In this document: piece by piece, positions 25,590 through 38,777 of the stretch | Layout: the number at the start of each line of letters is the position of its first letter | Numbering within the stretch: position 1 is the stretch's first letter | NCBI GenBank assembly: GCA_051294375.1 | Contig: CM119265.1 | Location: forward strand, 15,166,963-15,230,962 | Length of the DNA stretch: 64,000 nt | Origin: Paraspadella gotoi | Lineage: Eukaryota > Animalia > Chaetognatha | Direction: 5' to 3' | Program-made: the position numbers and the translations under genes | The notes under the pieces: generated by a model | Database searches by the model: none | The model's input: only the letters and a program-made list of their open reading frames with translations | What the model was told of the DNA's origin: nothing

Positions 25590-28500
25590 TCTTTTCTTCT
25601 TCTTCTTCCTCCTCCTCTTTCTTTCCATTCCGCAACTAAATGTAATTTTCTAGTCCACGTAAAACAGGACCCTTATGGGCGTTAGGCCCAACGTCGCCTC
25701 GTACTCTCTGCCTCTCTCTCTCTCCTTCTCCCTCTCTCTCTCTCTTTCTCTCTCTTCTTCTCTCCTCCGGGACCCGCATCGACGACTTGGAAGACGACGA
25801 AGAAAGGACCTCTTGCAAAAATTAGCCGTTTACGATCTTCTCGACTTCCCCACTTTCCCATCACCAGCTCCTGCTCCTTCTCCATCTCCATTCTGGCCTC
25901 TCTTTTCAAGGCCACCCCATTTTTGTTAACTGTTTCCCTAATTTTATTTTAACCTAAATCTTTAACCCTAATCCCTAAACTCTAATCCTTAATCCTTATT
26001 TTTAACCCTTACCCCAAAACTAAAACCTAATAAAAAATTTAATCTTTAAAAACCTAAATTTAAATTTAAATTTAAGATGTAATTGGCGTCTTGGGAAAAT
26101 AAGGCCTCATCCCACTTTTTCAACCCCTTATTCAGTCATCCGATCCACCACCGGCGGCAATCGTCACCGAAAGAAAATAAAAAAAAAGAGAAAAAAAAAC
26201 TTCTCTGTCTATAAAAACTCGTCTCAAACTTGAATCTAAAGAAGAGAGAAAAGAGAAAGAAGAAGAGAAAGAGAAAAAGGGAAAAGTCATTAACTTTTTT
26301 TCTCTCTCTTCGATTTTTCGCGTTTTCAAACTCGATTTCCTTTTTTTTTTTCTCTTCTCTTTTTTTATGTTTTTTTTCTTCTAATTTTCCGATTGGTTTC
26401 TTCTTATTTTTCTCTATATTTTCAAGTCAAATTTTATAGAGCTTCATCTGTATGAAAGGTTCGAATGATATGATTCGCTGACTACTCAGATAAGCGATGT
26501 GAATCACGGTTTGGTAAAATTAATCATTTGCTAATTACCTATAATCCAATTACGTAAAATTCCATTGAATCCTGAGCTGAGATGAGGATAAAAACGAAGG
26601 ATCTCATCCGACTTCTCTTTTTTTTCAGATCACCTCCACTTTCGCGAACCTTTCGTCTCTTCTCCTTATCCCCCCCTGCATCGTCAAGAATAAAATGCTT
26701 TTCTCAAAAACTCGACTTCACTTTTCGTCTTCATGGATAAATCGCCACGCCCCCCTCTTCCCTGTCTCATCCCTAGCTCGCCTCGACCTCCCTTCGCCCT
26801 TTCCCCCTTCCCTGCCAAACTCATGCCCGGTCCCAGGCCTCCCATTGGCCGTTCGCCTCGACCAATCCCCGCCTCGAACCTCCTCTTCCTCCCCCTCCTC
26901 CCGAGACCTCCTCGCCACGGCGTATCCAGGACACTCGCCTCTGTAGACGCCGTCCGATCGACGCCGGGCGCCGAAAAAGTCTGGCGCCCAGTCGGCCCGT
27001 CGTTGGCGAGGATATTGGCCGGGAGCGCCACAAAGAGCGCCGATCTCGGCAGAAATTCTGCGATCTTTCGGGTTCGCGTCGCTCCTTGGGCGAGGACGGA
27101 GATTTTGCATCGACGTTATCCGATGACGTCATCACGATAATAACGAGGGAAAAAACCTCTGCAAAGGCGAATATGGCGCAGTTGGCAAAGACGTCAAAAA
27201 ACGGTGAAGACTACGAAGGTGGCGAAATCAAGGATAAAACGCAAACGGCGATCGGCGTTATTTTCGTTAAACAACGGACATTTCCATCGGAGACTCTCCA
27301 CTAGAAGCCATCAGACCATTACCTGACGCTCCAACCTATACTCTTTGTACCGACAACAAATCTTGCCGACAACTTTTCCTTTGCCCGAATCCAATCCGAC
27401 GACCCTCCACCGTCGCCCCGAAGGTCGTTTAGAATCCTTACCCCTCGGTGGTCGTTAACGACGACGACGATGACGACGACGAAAACGACGTCGAAAGCGA
27501 CTGCAGTCGGAAACGACATCTCGAGGGAAAAAATGTTGAGAAAAACGAAACAAACAAAAAGACAACGAGAGGAAAGAAGGAGGGAAAGAGGAGGAGACTA
27601 CAGGTGGCGTCGTTCGCGGCTTGGAAAGAGACGCCGGGCACGGAGACGACGAGGACGATGACGACGACGACGCGACGACGACGACGAAAGAGACGATGGG
27701 TACGGTCGGCCTACCCTTAAATACGAGGAGAGCGTTAACGATGAAGTGAGTGAGATGGTCGACGACGACGACGACGACGACGAACCAGATCGTCGACGTG
27801 GATTCCAAGTCGTTGGAGATGATATGAAGAAGAGGAACGAGACGAAGACGACGACGATGACGACGAAGACGACACGATGATGTCGCGTTCGCCCAAAACT
27901 AAAGAAAATCGCGGACAAAAATAGCAACAACCGACTTTTTCTGCGGCGATGACGTCTGCTAACGAAAAGCGTTGTTGTTCCTGGATCGACCGCAGCCGGA
28001 CAGCGACGGCGGCCGCGGCGGCGGCGGCGCGGCGGCGGGCGGCGGCGGCGACGGCGCGGCCGAGAAAAAAGCGACCGCGTGTTTTTCCGACGTCTCGTTA
28101 CTTTCTCAGCATGACTCCGTCTCTCTCTTCCCCTCTTCGCCTTGACTCCGTCTCTCTCCGCCCATTTTCTCTCTACCTTCTACCCGTCTCTAGCGAAGCT
28201 TCCGCCGACGACGCCGACATCGATCGTTGGCGCCGCTTCTTTCCGGCGGCGAGAGGCCGACCATCCCCGCGTTGCCACGGAAACCATCCCGGAAAAGTAA
28301 ACAAACGCGGAAACGTAAATAAACTGGAATCGACGGAAAGAGGACGACGGTCGTCTCGACGTCGAATCCACGAGGACTTCCCGTCCGCGCCGCAGCCACG
28401 GGCGCAGCCGCCGCCCCCTCACTTACCACCTCTCCTCCCTCCCTCGCCGCCCACTTTCCTCCCTCTCCCTCTGCCTCCTCCGTCTCTTCCTCGTCTTCTC

Positions 28501-30054
28501 CTTCGTGTGGAGCGGCGAGGAGGCGAAGTCTCGTCGCGCGCTGGAAATTATCAACACGGCCGGTGAGTACGATCGTTTGAGAGACGTGGCAATCTTTCAG
28601 GCGCTTCAATTGTTAGAATGATTCCTCGCAGAAGTTTGGTTACTATGATCGTGAAAATATAGAACTATTTGTCTGTTTCAAAAAGGTTGACCCCCATATG
28701 AATTATTTGCTAAGCCGCTCGTGAAGTCTGTTGGTTTAAACCACAGTAGCGCCATTAAAGATGAAATAATCGATCGTTTATATGGAAATTGGTACAACCA
28801 ATATAAAAATATCCATTCATTTGATAATAAGCTATCTTGCCCCTGACTTTGGCAGGCTTTGGTGGGTTTAAGGCCTCCCATCACTCTTACATGACATAAC
28901 AGGCCTGCAAGCTTTCAATCATGACTATTTATAAGATAAGACTCTTATAAGATATTTTTGTCTGGTTATTTTTTTAAGTTTTTACCAAGAAATATCCATG
29001 GCGAAGAAAGAAAGAAAAAAAGAAAATTCAAACGAGATTATTTGAAGACCAAGAAAAAAAAGTGAAAAAAATAAAATCAAATAAAAAACAATAAAAAAAA
29101 AACTAAATGGCGCAGAAAGTATAAGCCAAAGATTTAGTCCGCGGTCTGAATATTTCCAGAATTCGTTTATTCAGCTTTTTCTCGCTGACTTTGACCTGCG
29201 GTTTTTGGATTTTTTTTTTTTTTTATGGTGGAAAAATTGAATTCAAACTCGACTTGTAAAAATCTCAGAAATGTCGATTTCGAAGAAAACGTCCGAGTTG
29301 TTGATTTTTTGTTTTTTGAAGCGACGTCATTGTTAGCGTCATCTCCCTCATTCGCAGTCGATAACGTCGCCTCTCGTCTTCGTGAATATCGTCGTCATCG
29401 TCGTCGCGGTTCGTTTGTTTGTTGTTGTTGTCGTAGTCATTCGACGACGTCGTTGCTGTCCCTTCCAATTCTGTTGTTCGTCAACATAACATCGTTATTG
29501 TTGTTGTTATCCTCGTTATCTCGTCATTATTTCCCCCTCCTTTTTTTTTCGAGCGTCGAAACTGAGTATTTTTTTTTTTTTCCATTCAGTTGCTGTTTTG
29601 AGTCCAGAAGACAGCGCGACTGAACGCGACAACGAAGGCTGCGACGAACTCAACGGTTCAGTTTAAAATGGGAAAGTCTTTCTAAAATTTATCGCGAATT
29701 GCCCATGAGTCTGCGTCAGTGATGACGCGCGCAAGATCGAATTTGTCGTCGCCTTCGTCGTCGTCATCGTTGTCGTCGCGATGTCTATGTCGTAATAAGG
29801 ATATTAGAAGCAGGAGTCTCGATTTCCCTTCCACTTCCAGGTGGAAAGCCCGCGTTTAAATGTAAATAAATTTCCCCCGTGATGTCCGGATCGGCGCCGC
29901 TCGGCGGATGAGGAGGAAAACAAAAACGAACAAACGATATATAGGATCTACAGTAAGTGAATAAATCAATCCGAGAACCGGTAAATAAAATAGAACCAGG
30001 GTCGCTAACCGTGAATTAAATTGAGAGTTGAGAAATTTTCATGGTACCAATAAG
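24250..30054 (+). repeat. Near-identical direct copy of 16554-22361
   Basis: Offset 7696 then 7693. The ORF track gives identical peptides (e.g. 19040/26733, 20256/27949), including identical frameshift errors. Visible differences are confined to one (GA)n tract. Confidence 0.95.
26733..28562 (+). other. Second frameshifted copy of IgSF exon 1
   Basis: Matches 19040-20869 at offset 7693, including the errors. Confidence 0.8.
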
Positions 30055-30160
30055 TCGCTCACACTCTCTCTCTGCGATAACATCTTCACCCTGAGAATGA
30101 AGAATTGTACACTTGAGGCCCATCACAATCCGGAGGCGCTTACGGCCTGCAGCCAGCGAC

Positions 30161-30174
30161 GTTGCCATAGCGAC
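30161..30174. promoter_or_regulatory. RFX X-box motif match
   Basis: GTTGCCATAGCGAC fits the RTHNYYWTRRNRAC consensus at all 14 positions. Motif match only. Confidence 0.3.
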
Positions 30175-31127
30175 GACGACGACGACGACGACGACGATAA
30201 AGAGAGAGACTACGATAACGACGATGGCGCTGGTAAAGAGGGCAGCGATAACGACCATAATGATATACTGATCACTATATATACCAACGGGGAGACTTAC
30301 AACCACAACGACGACGACGACGACGACTACGACGAGGAAGAGGAAGAAGAGCTCGACAACAACAATCTTTCAGGGTCCTAACAAGAGGAATGTGAACAGA
30401 ATTAAATACCAAAAGATTGAAAGAAGTTTTGTCAAAATTTCGGAACTTTATTGGAATAGGTCAGAACAATGTAACTGGAGACTGAAATGCGTACAATTTC
30501 GTGATAGCAAGTAAGAAGGCATGCATTGACTTTTATTGCATAGTAAAATTCCGCAGAAGGAATTGCAGCTTTTTTTTAGCACCACACTAGTAGCGATAGA
30601 TAAGCCAAGTGTGTAATAAACCAGGAAACGCGGTTATGCAAAATTTGAGAAAAAAACCGGGTTGACTGTAATCGTCGGGACGAGGCGAAGGTTATGAGGC
30701 TTCAGTTTTCGTCGTCGTCGTCGTCGTCGTCGTCTCTACGTTGTTGTTGTTGTTGTCTCGGTCGTTCGCGACGCCGTTAAAACGAAAATTAGACCCTAAT
30801 AACTTTTTTTTCTTATCTCAAAATGGCGGCCTTTCGTGGGAAGAGGTTTCACCGTCGGTCGGCCCGATCGAGGCAGCTGAAACGGGCGACCCAGCGACGG
30901 GCTTACCGGTCGGACAGGCAAGTGTACGTGGTCGGGCAAAAGGGCCGACATCCGACCAGTCTGCCCGCTGTTGAGAAACTAATGCCAGAGTTTTTTTGTT
31001 TTTTTTCAGGGACCTAGTAAGTTCGTTGCTCGTTTCTCTGGGCCGGTTGCTAAGCAGTAGCTAAGGAGCAATGAGTTCGATGCTTGGAAAGGGTTTTCAG
31101 GATTGGAAGAGATTATGGAAATCGAAA

Positions 31128-31215
<88 letters not shown>

Positions 31216-32074
31216 GAGAGTGAGAGAGATTTAAAGATATGGTTTTCTCAATGGAAAATTGTAAAAATGTTCGACTAAAGACGGAATTTGCAGGATAAGA
31301 GCGATGGTATCTCCAACAAGATGGCAAGATGGCACGATGGCATTTGCGGGGAGACGGTTTTGCGAGACGCCCGCAAGATGACGGCCTTCGTTAAACAGAT
31401 TTAGACAGAAGACAAGAGTAAGATGGAATCTTTTGCAATTGGCGGAAACTCCCTCGTGGAAGGGAAAGAAAGGATTTAGAAAGTACTGCATGTATCGTCC
31501 AAAAAATAAACAAATGAATAAGCAGTGAAATACTTTTATTGAACATCGTGACGGATTTTAGAAACATAATCAGTTACAACTGATTGAATTTTATGAGATT
31601 TTGATCATTAGTTACATGCCTTACCCAAAAATTCCTTTCAAACACGTGGTCCACAAATTTAAAGATTAGTCAGGATTTATTGGGGAGATGAGCTCAAGAA
31701 TTTAATAAAGAACTCATTTTAAAAGGGGACGACTCTTCCTACAAATTCTTGGGCGAAACTGCGTCGACGTTATTGGAAACAACCATCGCAATTCGCTGCC
31801 GTTCGAACGCGCGTTCGCCTCGCACGAACGCCTCGGCTAAAATCCGTGCGATCAGAGAAAAAAAAATCCCAGGGCAAGAGTCGGCATCTGTTTGCGCAAA
31901 GGTTCTCGCGGGTGCAGCGCGTGGAGACCCAATGATGGCGGCAGCGCCAAAGGCTAAATTTAAGGCAACTGCGGGCGCCGCGAAACACTCGAGCAACGTT
32001 GGGGAATTTTGGAGTGGGGTTGAAAAAACCCCGTTGGGTGTCACAAGAACAGCGAGGTTACTGGAAAGACTTAC

Positions 32075-32150
32075 AAAAAACGTGCTACGTCATTGTGCCA
32101 CATCCATTTAGGATAAACTCGTCCGACATCGGTCGTCCTTGCGAGCAAAT
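32075..32150 (-). CDS. Candidate internal exon, unknown protein
   Basis: Acceptor gattttctcag| after a long pyrimidine tract; consensus donor |gtaagt. Only one frame is open: xLLARTTDVGRVYPKWMWHNDVARF (phase 1 to 2). No family recognised. Confidence 0.35.
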
Positions 32151-33976
32151 CTGAGAAAATCGGAAATTTTATTCGAAGGAAAGAGAAGATTGGGGTGGAG
32201 AAGAAATGAGGGGAAGGTGAAAAGAAATGAAGGGGAAGGGTGGTGAGGAAGGAAAGAAATGAGTGGGAAGGGTGAAAAGAAATGAGGGGAAGGGTGAAAG
32301 AAAGGTGGGGGAAGGGTGAAAAAGAAATGAGGGCGAAGGTGCAAAAGAAAGCAGAGTTCAGGGAGATAGGGTTTTAGGTGGAGAGGGGGAGGGAGAAGGA
32401 GGGTGGGCGGTGCAGGGTGAGGCATCCTTCTTCACCCTCCAAGGACGCGCAATCATTAAGTCGGAAAAATCTGGCGGAGAAACCAAAACACAAAATGCGA
32501 GTTTTGACGCCAAAAAACGATTAAGATGGAATCAACTTGAGAACCGAAGGGAAAAAAAATCNNNNNNNNNNNNNNNNNNNNNNNNNNNNNNNNNNNNNNN
32601 NNNNNNNNNNNNNNNNNNNNNNNNNNNNNNNNNNNNNNNNNNNNNNNNNNNNNNNNNNNNNNNNNNNNNNNNNNNNNNNNNNNNNNNNNNNNNNNNNNNN
32701 NNNNNNNNNNNNNNNNNNNNNNNNNNNNNNNNNNNNNNNNNNNNNNNNNNNNNNNNNNNNNNNNNNNNNNNNNNNNNNNNNNNNNNNNNNNNNNNNNNNN
32801 NNNNNNNNNNNNNNNNNNNNNNNNNNNNNNNNGAGAGACGCGGGGCAAGAAATAAAAAGAGAGAGATCGTGAGAGCGAGTGCGTGAAAGGCGTCGAGTAT
32901 TAGTCAGAACTTTCCTCGCCACCGACAGAGGCGCTGGATTCCTTTCCAGTAAACACGAGTTTTGATTGTTCGCCGCCAGTCGTCGCTGGGCGGAGGAAAG
33001 GTCAGGCGCTAATAGAAGTGGGAGACAGAACTGACTGCTAATGGCGCNNNNNNNNNNNNNNNNNNNNNNNNNNNNNNNNNNNNNNNNNNNNNNNNNNNNN
33101 NNNNNNNNNNNNNNNNNNNNNNNNNNNNNNNNNNNNNNNNNNNNNNNNNNNNNNNNNNNNNNNNNNNNNNNNNNNNNNNNNNNNNNNNNNNNNNNNNNNN
33201 NNNNNNNNNNNNNNNNNNNNNNNNNNNNNNNNNNNNNNNNNNNNNNNNNNNNNNNNNNNNNNNNNNNNNNNNNNNNNNNNNNNNNNNNNNNNNNNNNNNN
33301 NNNNNNNNNNNNNNNNNNNNNNNNNNNNNNNNNNNNNNNNNNNNNNNNNNNNNNNNNNNNNNNNNNNNNNNNNNNNNNNNNNNNNNNNNNNNNNNNNNNN
33401 NNNNNNNNNNNNNNNNNNNNNNNNNNNNNNNNNNNNNNNNNNNNNNNNNNNNNNNNNNNNNNNNNNNNNNNNNNNNNNNNNNNNNNNNNNNNNNNNNNNN
33501 NNNNNNNNNNNNNNNNNNNNNNNNNNNNNNNNNNNNNNNNNNNNNNNNNNNNNNNNNNNNNNNNNNNNNNNNNNNNNNNNNNNNNNNNNNNNNNNNNNNN
33601 NNNNNNNNNNNNNNNNNNNNNNNNNNNNNNNNNNNNNNNNNNNNNNNNNNNNNNNNNNNNNNNNNNNNNNNNNNNNNNNNNNNNNNNNNNNNNNNNNNNN
33701 NNNNNNNNNNNNNNNNNNNNNNNNNNNNNNNNNNNNNNNNNNNNNNNNNNNNNNNNNNNNNNNNNNNNNNNNNNNGACGACGACGACGACGACGATGACG
33801 ACGATTATGATGGGAGTAGGACCTAGGAGGTCGAGCAGGATATTTATTGCGCGAAAACGAAGAAAGATATAAAAAAGTAAGAAATCCATAACATCGGCCC
33901 ATAAAATCTAGACCTGACATCGATATTATCATCGTCTATAAATGAAATTATCCAACTATTTCCCCCCCCACGAGAG

Positions 33977-34106
<130 letters not shown>

Positions 34107-34819
34107 CAATATGGCGAAATGGCCGTTTGAATTACCGTCACTTTTCGCGGATCTTTTTTTGAGAGGATCTCAGCGACGAAGTTATTAACGGACGCGGATT
34201 AAAACCCGAAGATAAGGAGAAGTAGTGAGTTGATGTAGAATATCGAGGAGTGAGAGAAGAGAAGTGAGGAGTGAGAAAGAGTGAGAAGTGATAAAAGTTA
34301 AGAGCGAATGAGAGTAATTAGTGTTTGCCAAATTAAATGATAATCAAAGTTGGGAAATCCTAAAAGGTTTCCAGAAAATTATGCTTCGTCTAATTGTGTT
34401 AATCCGAAAATTTTCTTCTACGAGTAATTATAAAGCTCACTCTTTTAGGGGTTAACCGTTTACAATCAAACTATTAGTTGGAAAAAAATTTTTTATACCT
34501 TTGTGCAATTAATATTCAACCTTTTTCAACAATCTACATTGAAACAACATCGCTTTTCTTCCAAACCCAGTTGCTGCCACGAGGTTTAGTGCGCTAGGCG
34601 GCGCGCGATGCGGCGGCGCAGTCTCCAACAATTTTGCGACGAAGAAAAGCCGATCTAAATGGATTAGACGCGTTGGACGATTAAGCAAACGAGGTTAAAA
34701 TTTAAAACTTACTCAAAGAAAATGCAATTTTCAGTTTAGGAGAGTTATTGGCTCGTTAGTCAGCTTTTTCCGTGCACTGCCTTTTTAAAGTGCCGAATCG
34801 GGATCGACAAAGAGAGAGA

Positions 34820-34852
<33 letters not shown>

Positions 34853-36222
34853 GATCGATCGTAGAGCACTGCGATGACGAGAGAGCGAGAGAGAGTGCCG
34901 CTTACTTGAGTCTGCAGGCCACTCCTGGAAGAGGGGAGAGATGAGAGAGACACCCTGACGTAACAAGCGAACCTCCAGCTCCGATCCCGAATGAATCTGC
35001 GACCATCTGACGAGAGAGAGATTCATTTATAAAAAAGCCTCAGACATAAAATTTGCACTAAATCAACAGAAAAAAATGGTTATTTGAAATTGAGCTCTTT
35101 ATGAGGAGTGGCTCACAGGAGCTGTTGAGTTTTTATCCTTGGCCAATGGCCATGCATTTCATGCATTTCACTTTGTCTTTGTGACAAAGAGACTCCGCTC
35201 GAATTAAGAATCGCCCAAAACAACTCGCTTTATCGCACTTTTAGCTCAACAGGCTCCGACTCCCACGTCTAAAATAATATCTTGGATTTATTTAAGTAAA
35301 AAGTCCGAATCTTTTTTCTGAAATCTAGAAAGAATTCGTCTTCTTTAAAATGCGACAAAAGTGAGTTTGATTTAAACTTCTCGCCAGGATTTCAAAGAAT
35401 AACAATCACACCTTTGTTATATGAGCGACTATGGAGCCAGAATTACGGGACATCATAAAAAACAACACCCATAATAAAAAAGTAAATAAAAAAGTAAAAA
35501 AAAAAAGCGAGCGAGAAAAACCTCAAAAAACCTCACGGGCAAAGCCAAAGGTCAAAGGTCAAGGGCGCAGCGCTCATAAGTGATTTCATATCGCGCATTT
35601 GACCCGAACAGCGATTTTCTTGCCACCTCTTGATATTGTTCCTCCCCCACTCTCTCTCTCTCTCTAAGAAGAAGAAGATACCCGTAGGATGGAAAAGGGT
35701 GTCCAGAGACTGGGGCGGGTGGAACGACAATCACATGCTCCTGAGGAGGAGAGGCAGGAAGGAGGGAGGAGGAAGGCGGAGGAAGCCAAAAGATTGTAAT
35801 GGGCGGCGGGCTGAGAAGGAGAAGAGGAAGGAGGACCGAGGGTATTCCGGAGACCGCGGGGAGAGCCATCAGAAAGCCATAAGAAACTCAAAGGACAACG
35901 GAGGAAAGAGTGTGAGAAGAGCCGACGAGAGGAGAGAGAGAGAGAGAGTAGAGAGAGAGAGAGGAAGAGAGAAGAGAGGAGAGGATGAGTGAGAGAGAAG
36001 GAAAGCATTAAAAAAAGAAAGCCAAAGAATGCGTTGCAGAAACGAGAAAGGGAAAAAAATAAATGAACAATAAAACTAGAGAAAAAAAAACACACTAAAA
36101 AGTAGTAGAAGAAAAAAATCTCCATTCGTTTTATTTTTGCTGATTCCTAAGCCAGGAGACTTCTTGGATTGAAAAAGAGAGAAAAGAGAAAGAGATGAGA
36201 GAGAGATGATGATATGCGAGAG

Positions 36223-36254
<32 letters not shown>

Positions 36255-36337
36255 CGCGCAGTAGAGAGAAGAGAGAGAAGAGAGAATGAGCAAGTGTTAA
36301 ACCATGACGAACGACAGTTGTACGAGACGACCGCGAG

Positions 36338-36562
36338 CGACGACGACGATGACGACGATTTATGATGGGAGTAGGACCTAATGTGGTGTCGGAGCAGGAT
36401 ATTATATTGCGCGAAAACAAGAAAGATATAAAAAAGTAGAAATGCCATAACTCGGCCCATAAAATCTAAGACCTGACATCGATACTTATCATCGTCTACT
36501 AAATGAAAATTATCCAACCTATTTCCCCCCCACGAGAGGTATGGAGAAGAAGAGGAGAGAGA

Positions 36563-36593
<31 letters not shown>

Positions 36594-38326
36594 GTAGAGA
36601 GAGAGAGAGAGATGAGATGAGAGAGGAGAGGAGAGAGAGAGAGAAGAAGCAACTATGCGAAGATGCCGTTTGACATTACCGTCACTTTTCGCGGATCTTT
36701 TTTTTGAGAGGATCTCAGCGACCTGAAGTTATTAACACAGGACGCGGATTAAAACCCGAAGATAAGGAGAATAGTGAGTTGATGTAGAATTATCGAGAGT
36801 TGAGAGAGAGAAACGGAAGGAGTGGATGAAAGAGTGAAGAAAGTATAAAAGTTAGAGCGCAAATGAAGTAATCAGTAATGTGTTTGCCCAAATTAAATGG
36901 ATTAATCAAAGTTTGCGGAAATCCTTAAAGGTTTCACAGAAAATTATGCTTCGTCTAATTCTGTTAATCCGAAAATTTTCTTCTACGCAAGTAATCTATA
37001 AGCCTGCACTCCTTTTAGGGTTAACCGTTTACAAATCAACTATTAGTCTGGAAAAATATTTTTTAATACCTTCTGCTGTGCAGATTAATATTCTAACCTT
37101 TTCTCAACAATCTACATTGAAACAACATTCGCTTTTTCTTCCAAAACCCCAGTTTGTGCCACGAGGTTTAGTGCCGCGCTAGGCGGCGCGCGATTCGACG
37201 CGCGGCGCAGTGTCTCCAACATACTTTTGCGACCGAAGAAAAGCCGATCTCTAAATGGATTAGACGCGTTGGACGATTAAGCAAACGAGGTTAAAATTTT
37301 TAAAACTTTACTCAAGAAAAATGCAATTTTCAGTTTAGGAGAGTTATTGGCTCGTTATCAGCTTTTTCGCATGCCTTTTTAAAGTGCCGGAATCGGGATT
37401 CGAAAGAAGAGAGAGAGAGCGAGTAGAGAGCTGAGAGAGAGAGAGATGATCGAGAGATGCGATGACGAGAGAGAGAGAGAGTCCGTAGAGTGCAGCCACC
37501 GGAAGAGGAGAGATGAGAGAGAGACGTAGAACCTCGACGATGATCTGACATCTAGAGGATATTATAAAAAAGCTCTCCAGACATAAGAAATTTTGCACTA
37601 AATCAACAGAAAAACGTACTCTGGTTACTCTATCGAAATTGAGCACTCTTTTATGAGCGAGTTGCTCAACAGGAGCTGTTGAGTTTTTTATCGCTTGGCC
37701 AATGCCATGCATTTCATGCATTTTCATCTTTTGTCTTTGTACAAAGACGACTCCGCTCGAAATTAAGAATTCGCCAAAACAACTCGCCTTTATCGCACTT
37801 TTAGCTCAACAGGCTCCGACTCCACGTCTAAAGAATAATATCTTGGATTATTTAAGTTAAAAAGTTCCGAATCTTTTTCTGAAATCTAGAAAGAATTCGT
37901 CTTCTTTAAAATGCGACAGAATGTGAGTTTGGATTTAAACTTACTCTCGCAGGATATTCTCAAAAAAAACACAAACACACCTTTTGTTAATGGAGCGACT
38001 ATGGGAGCCAGAATATACGGACATCATAAAAAAAACACCATAATAAAAAAGTAATAAAAAAGTAAAAAAAAAAAGCCGACGCAGCAGAATAACTACGAAA
38101 AACCTACAAAAAAACCACACGCGGCAGCAAGCCCAGATCAGGTCCACCAAGGATCCAACGGGTCGCCAGCCGCTCATAAGTGATTTCATCATCGCGCATG
38201 TATGACCCGACAAGCGATTATCTTGCCACCTCTTGATTATTGTTGCCTCCCCACACTCTCTCTCTCATCTCTCTCTCTCGTCTCTCTCTCTCGTCTCTCT
38301 CTCTCTCATCATCTTCTTCCTCTCTT
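36338..38326 (+). repeat. Insertion-rich direct copy of 33776-35665 (probable raw long-read artefact)
   Basis: Collinear from gacgatgacgacgatt(t)atgatgggagtaggaccta to cctcccc(a)cactctctc. Many single-base insertions; ends at a 25-N gap (38327-38351). Confidence 0.9.
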
Positions 38327-38713
38327 NNNNNNNNNNNNNNNNNNNNNNNNNTCTTTCTTTCTTTCTTTCTTTCTTTCTAAAAATGAAAATGATGCCTGGC
38401 TAATACTAATCATTTTCCTTACCTTTATTTAATGACATATTATTTAATGTGCATATCTAATTTTTGTACAAGGATTAAATAAATTTTAAGTATACAAGAT
38501 AAATAAAATCTCTCCCTCCACTTCTCTTTTACTCTCTCTATCATTACAACTTGGAATTTCTTACTTAGTACTATAATTTAGTCTATATGTCGCTTTTTAT
38601 CTTTCTTTTTCTCTCTCTCTCTCTCCCTCTTTCTCTCTCTTTGATGATAAAAGTCTTTTGACTCCGAACGAGTTTCTTCGATGCTTTTATTTCGATTGGC
38701 GCCCGAAGCGACG

Positions 38714-38777
<64 letters not shown>

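Noticed and set aside
19040-28562. Apparent paralogues or pseudogenes of IgSF exon 1
   Set aside because: Identical indel errors in both copies and adjacency to 25-N gaps point to an assembly artefact.
30016-30381. TM-like poly-Val and poly-Asp ORFs
   Set aside because: Both derive from (GAC)n runs and span the suspect 30054 junction.
35040-35140. Faint tRNA/SINE-head resemblance on the minus strand (also ~62200 plus)
   Set aside because: No cloverleaf and no intact A/B boxes.
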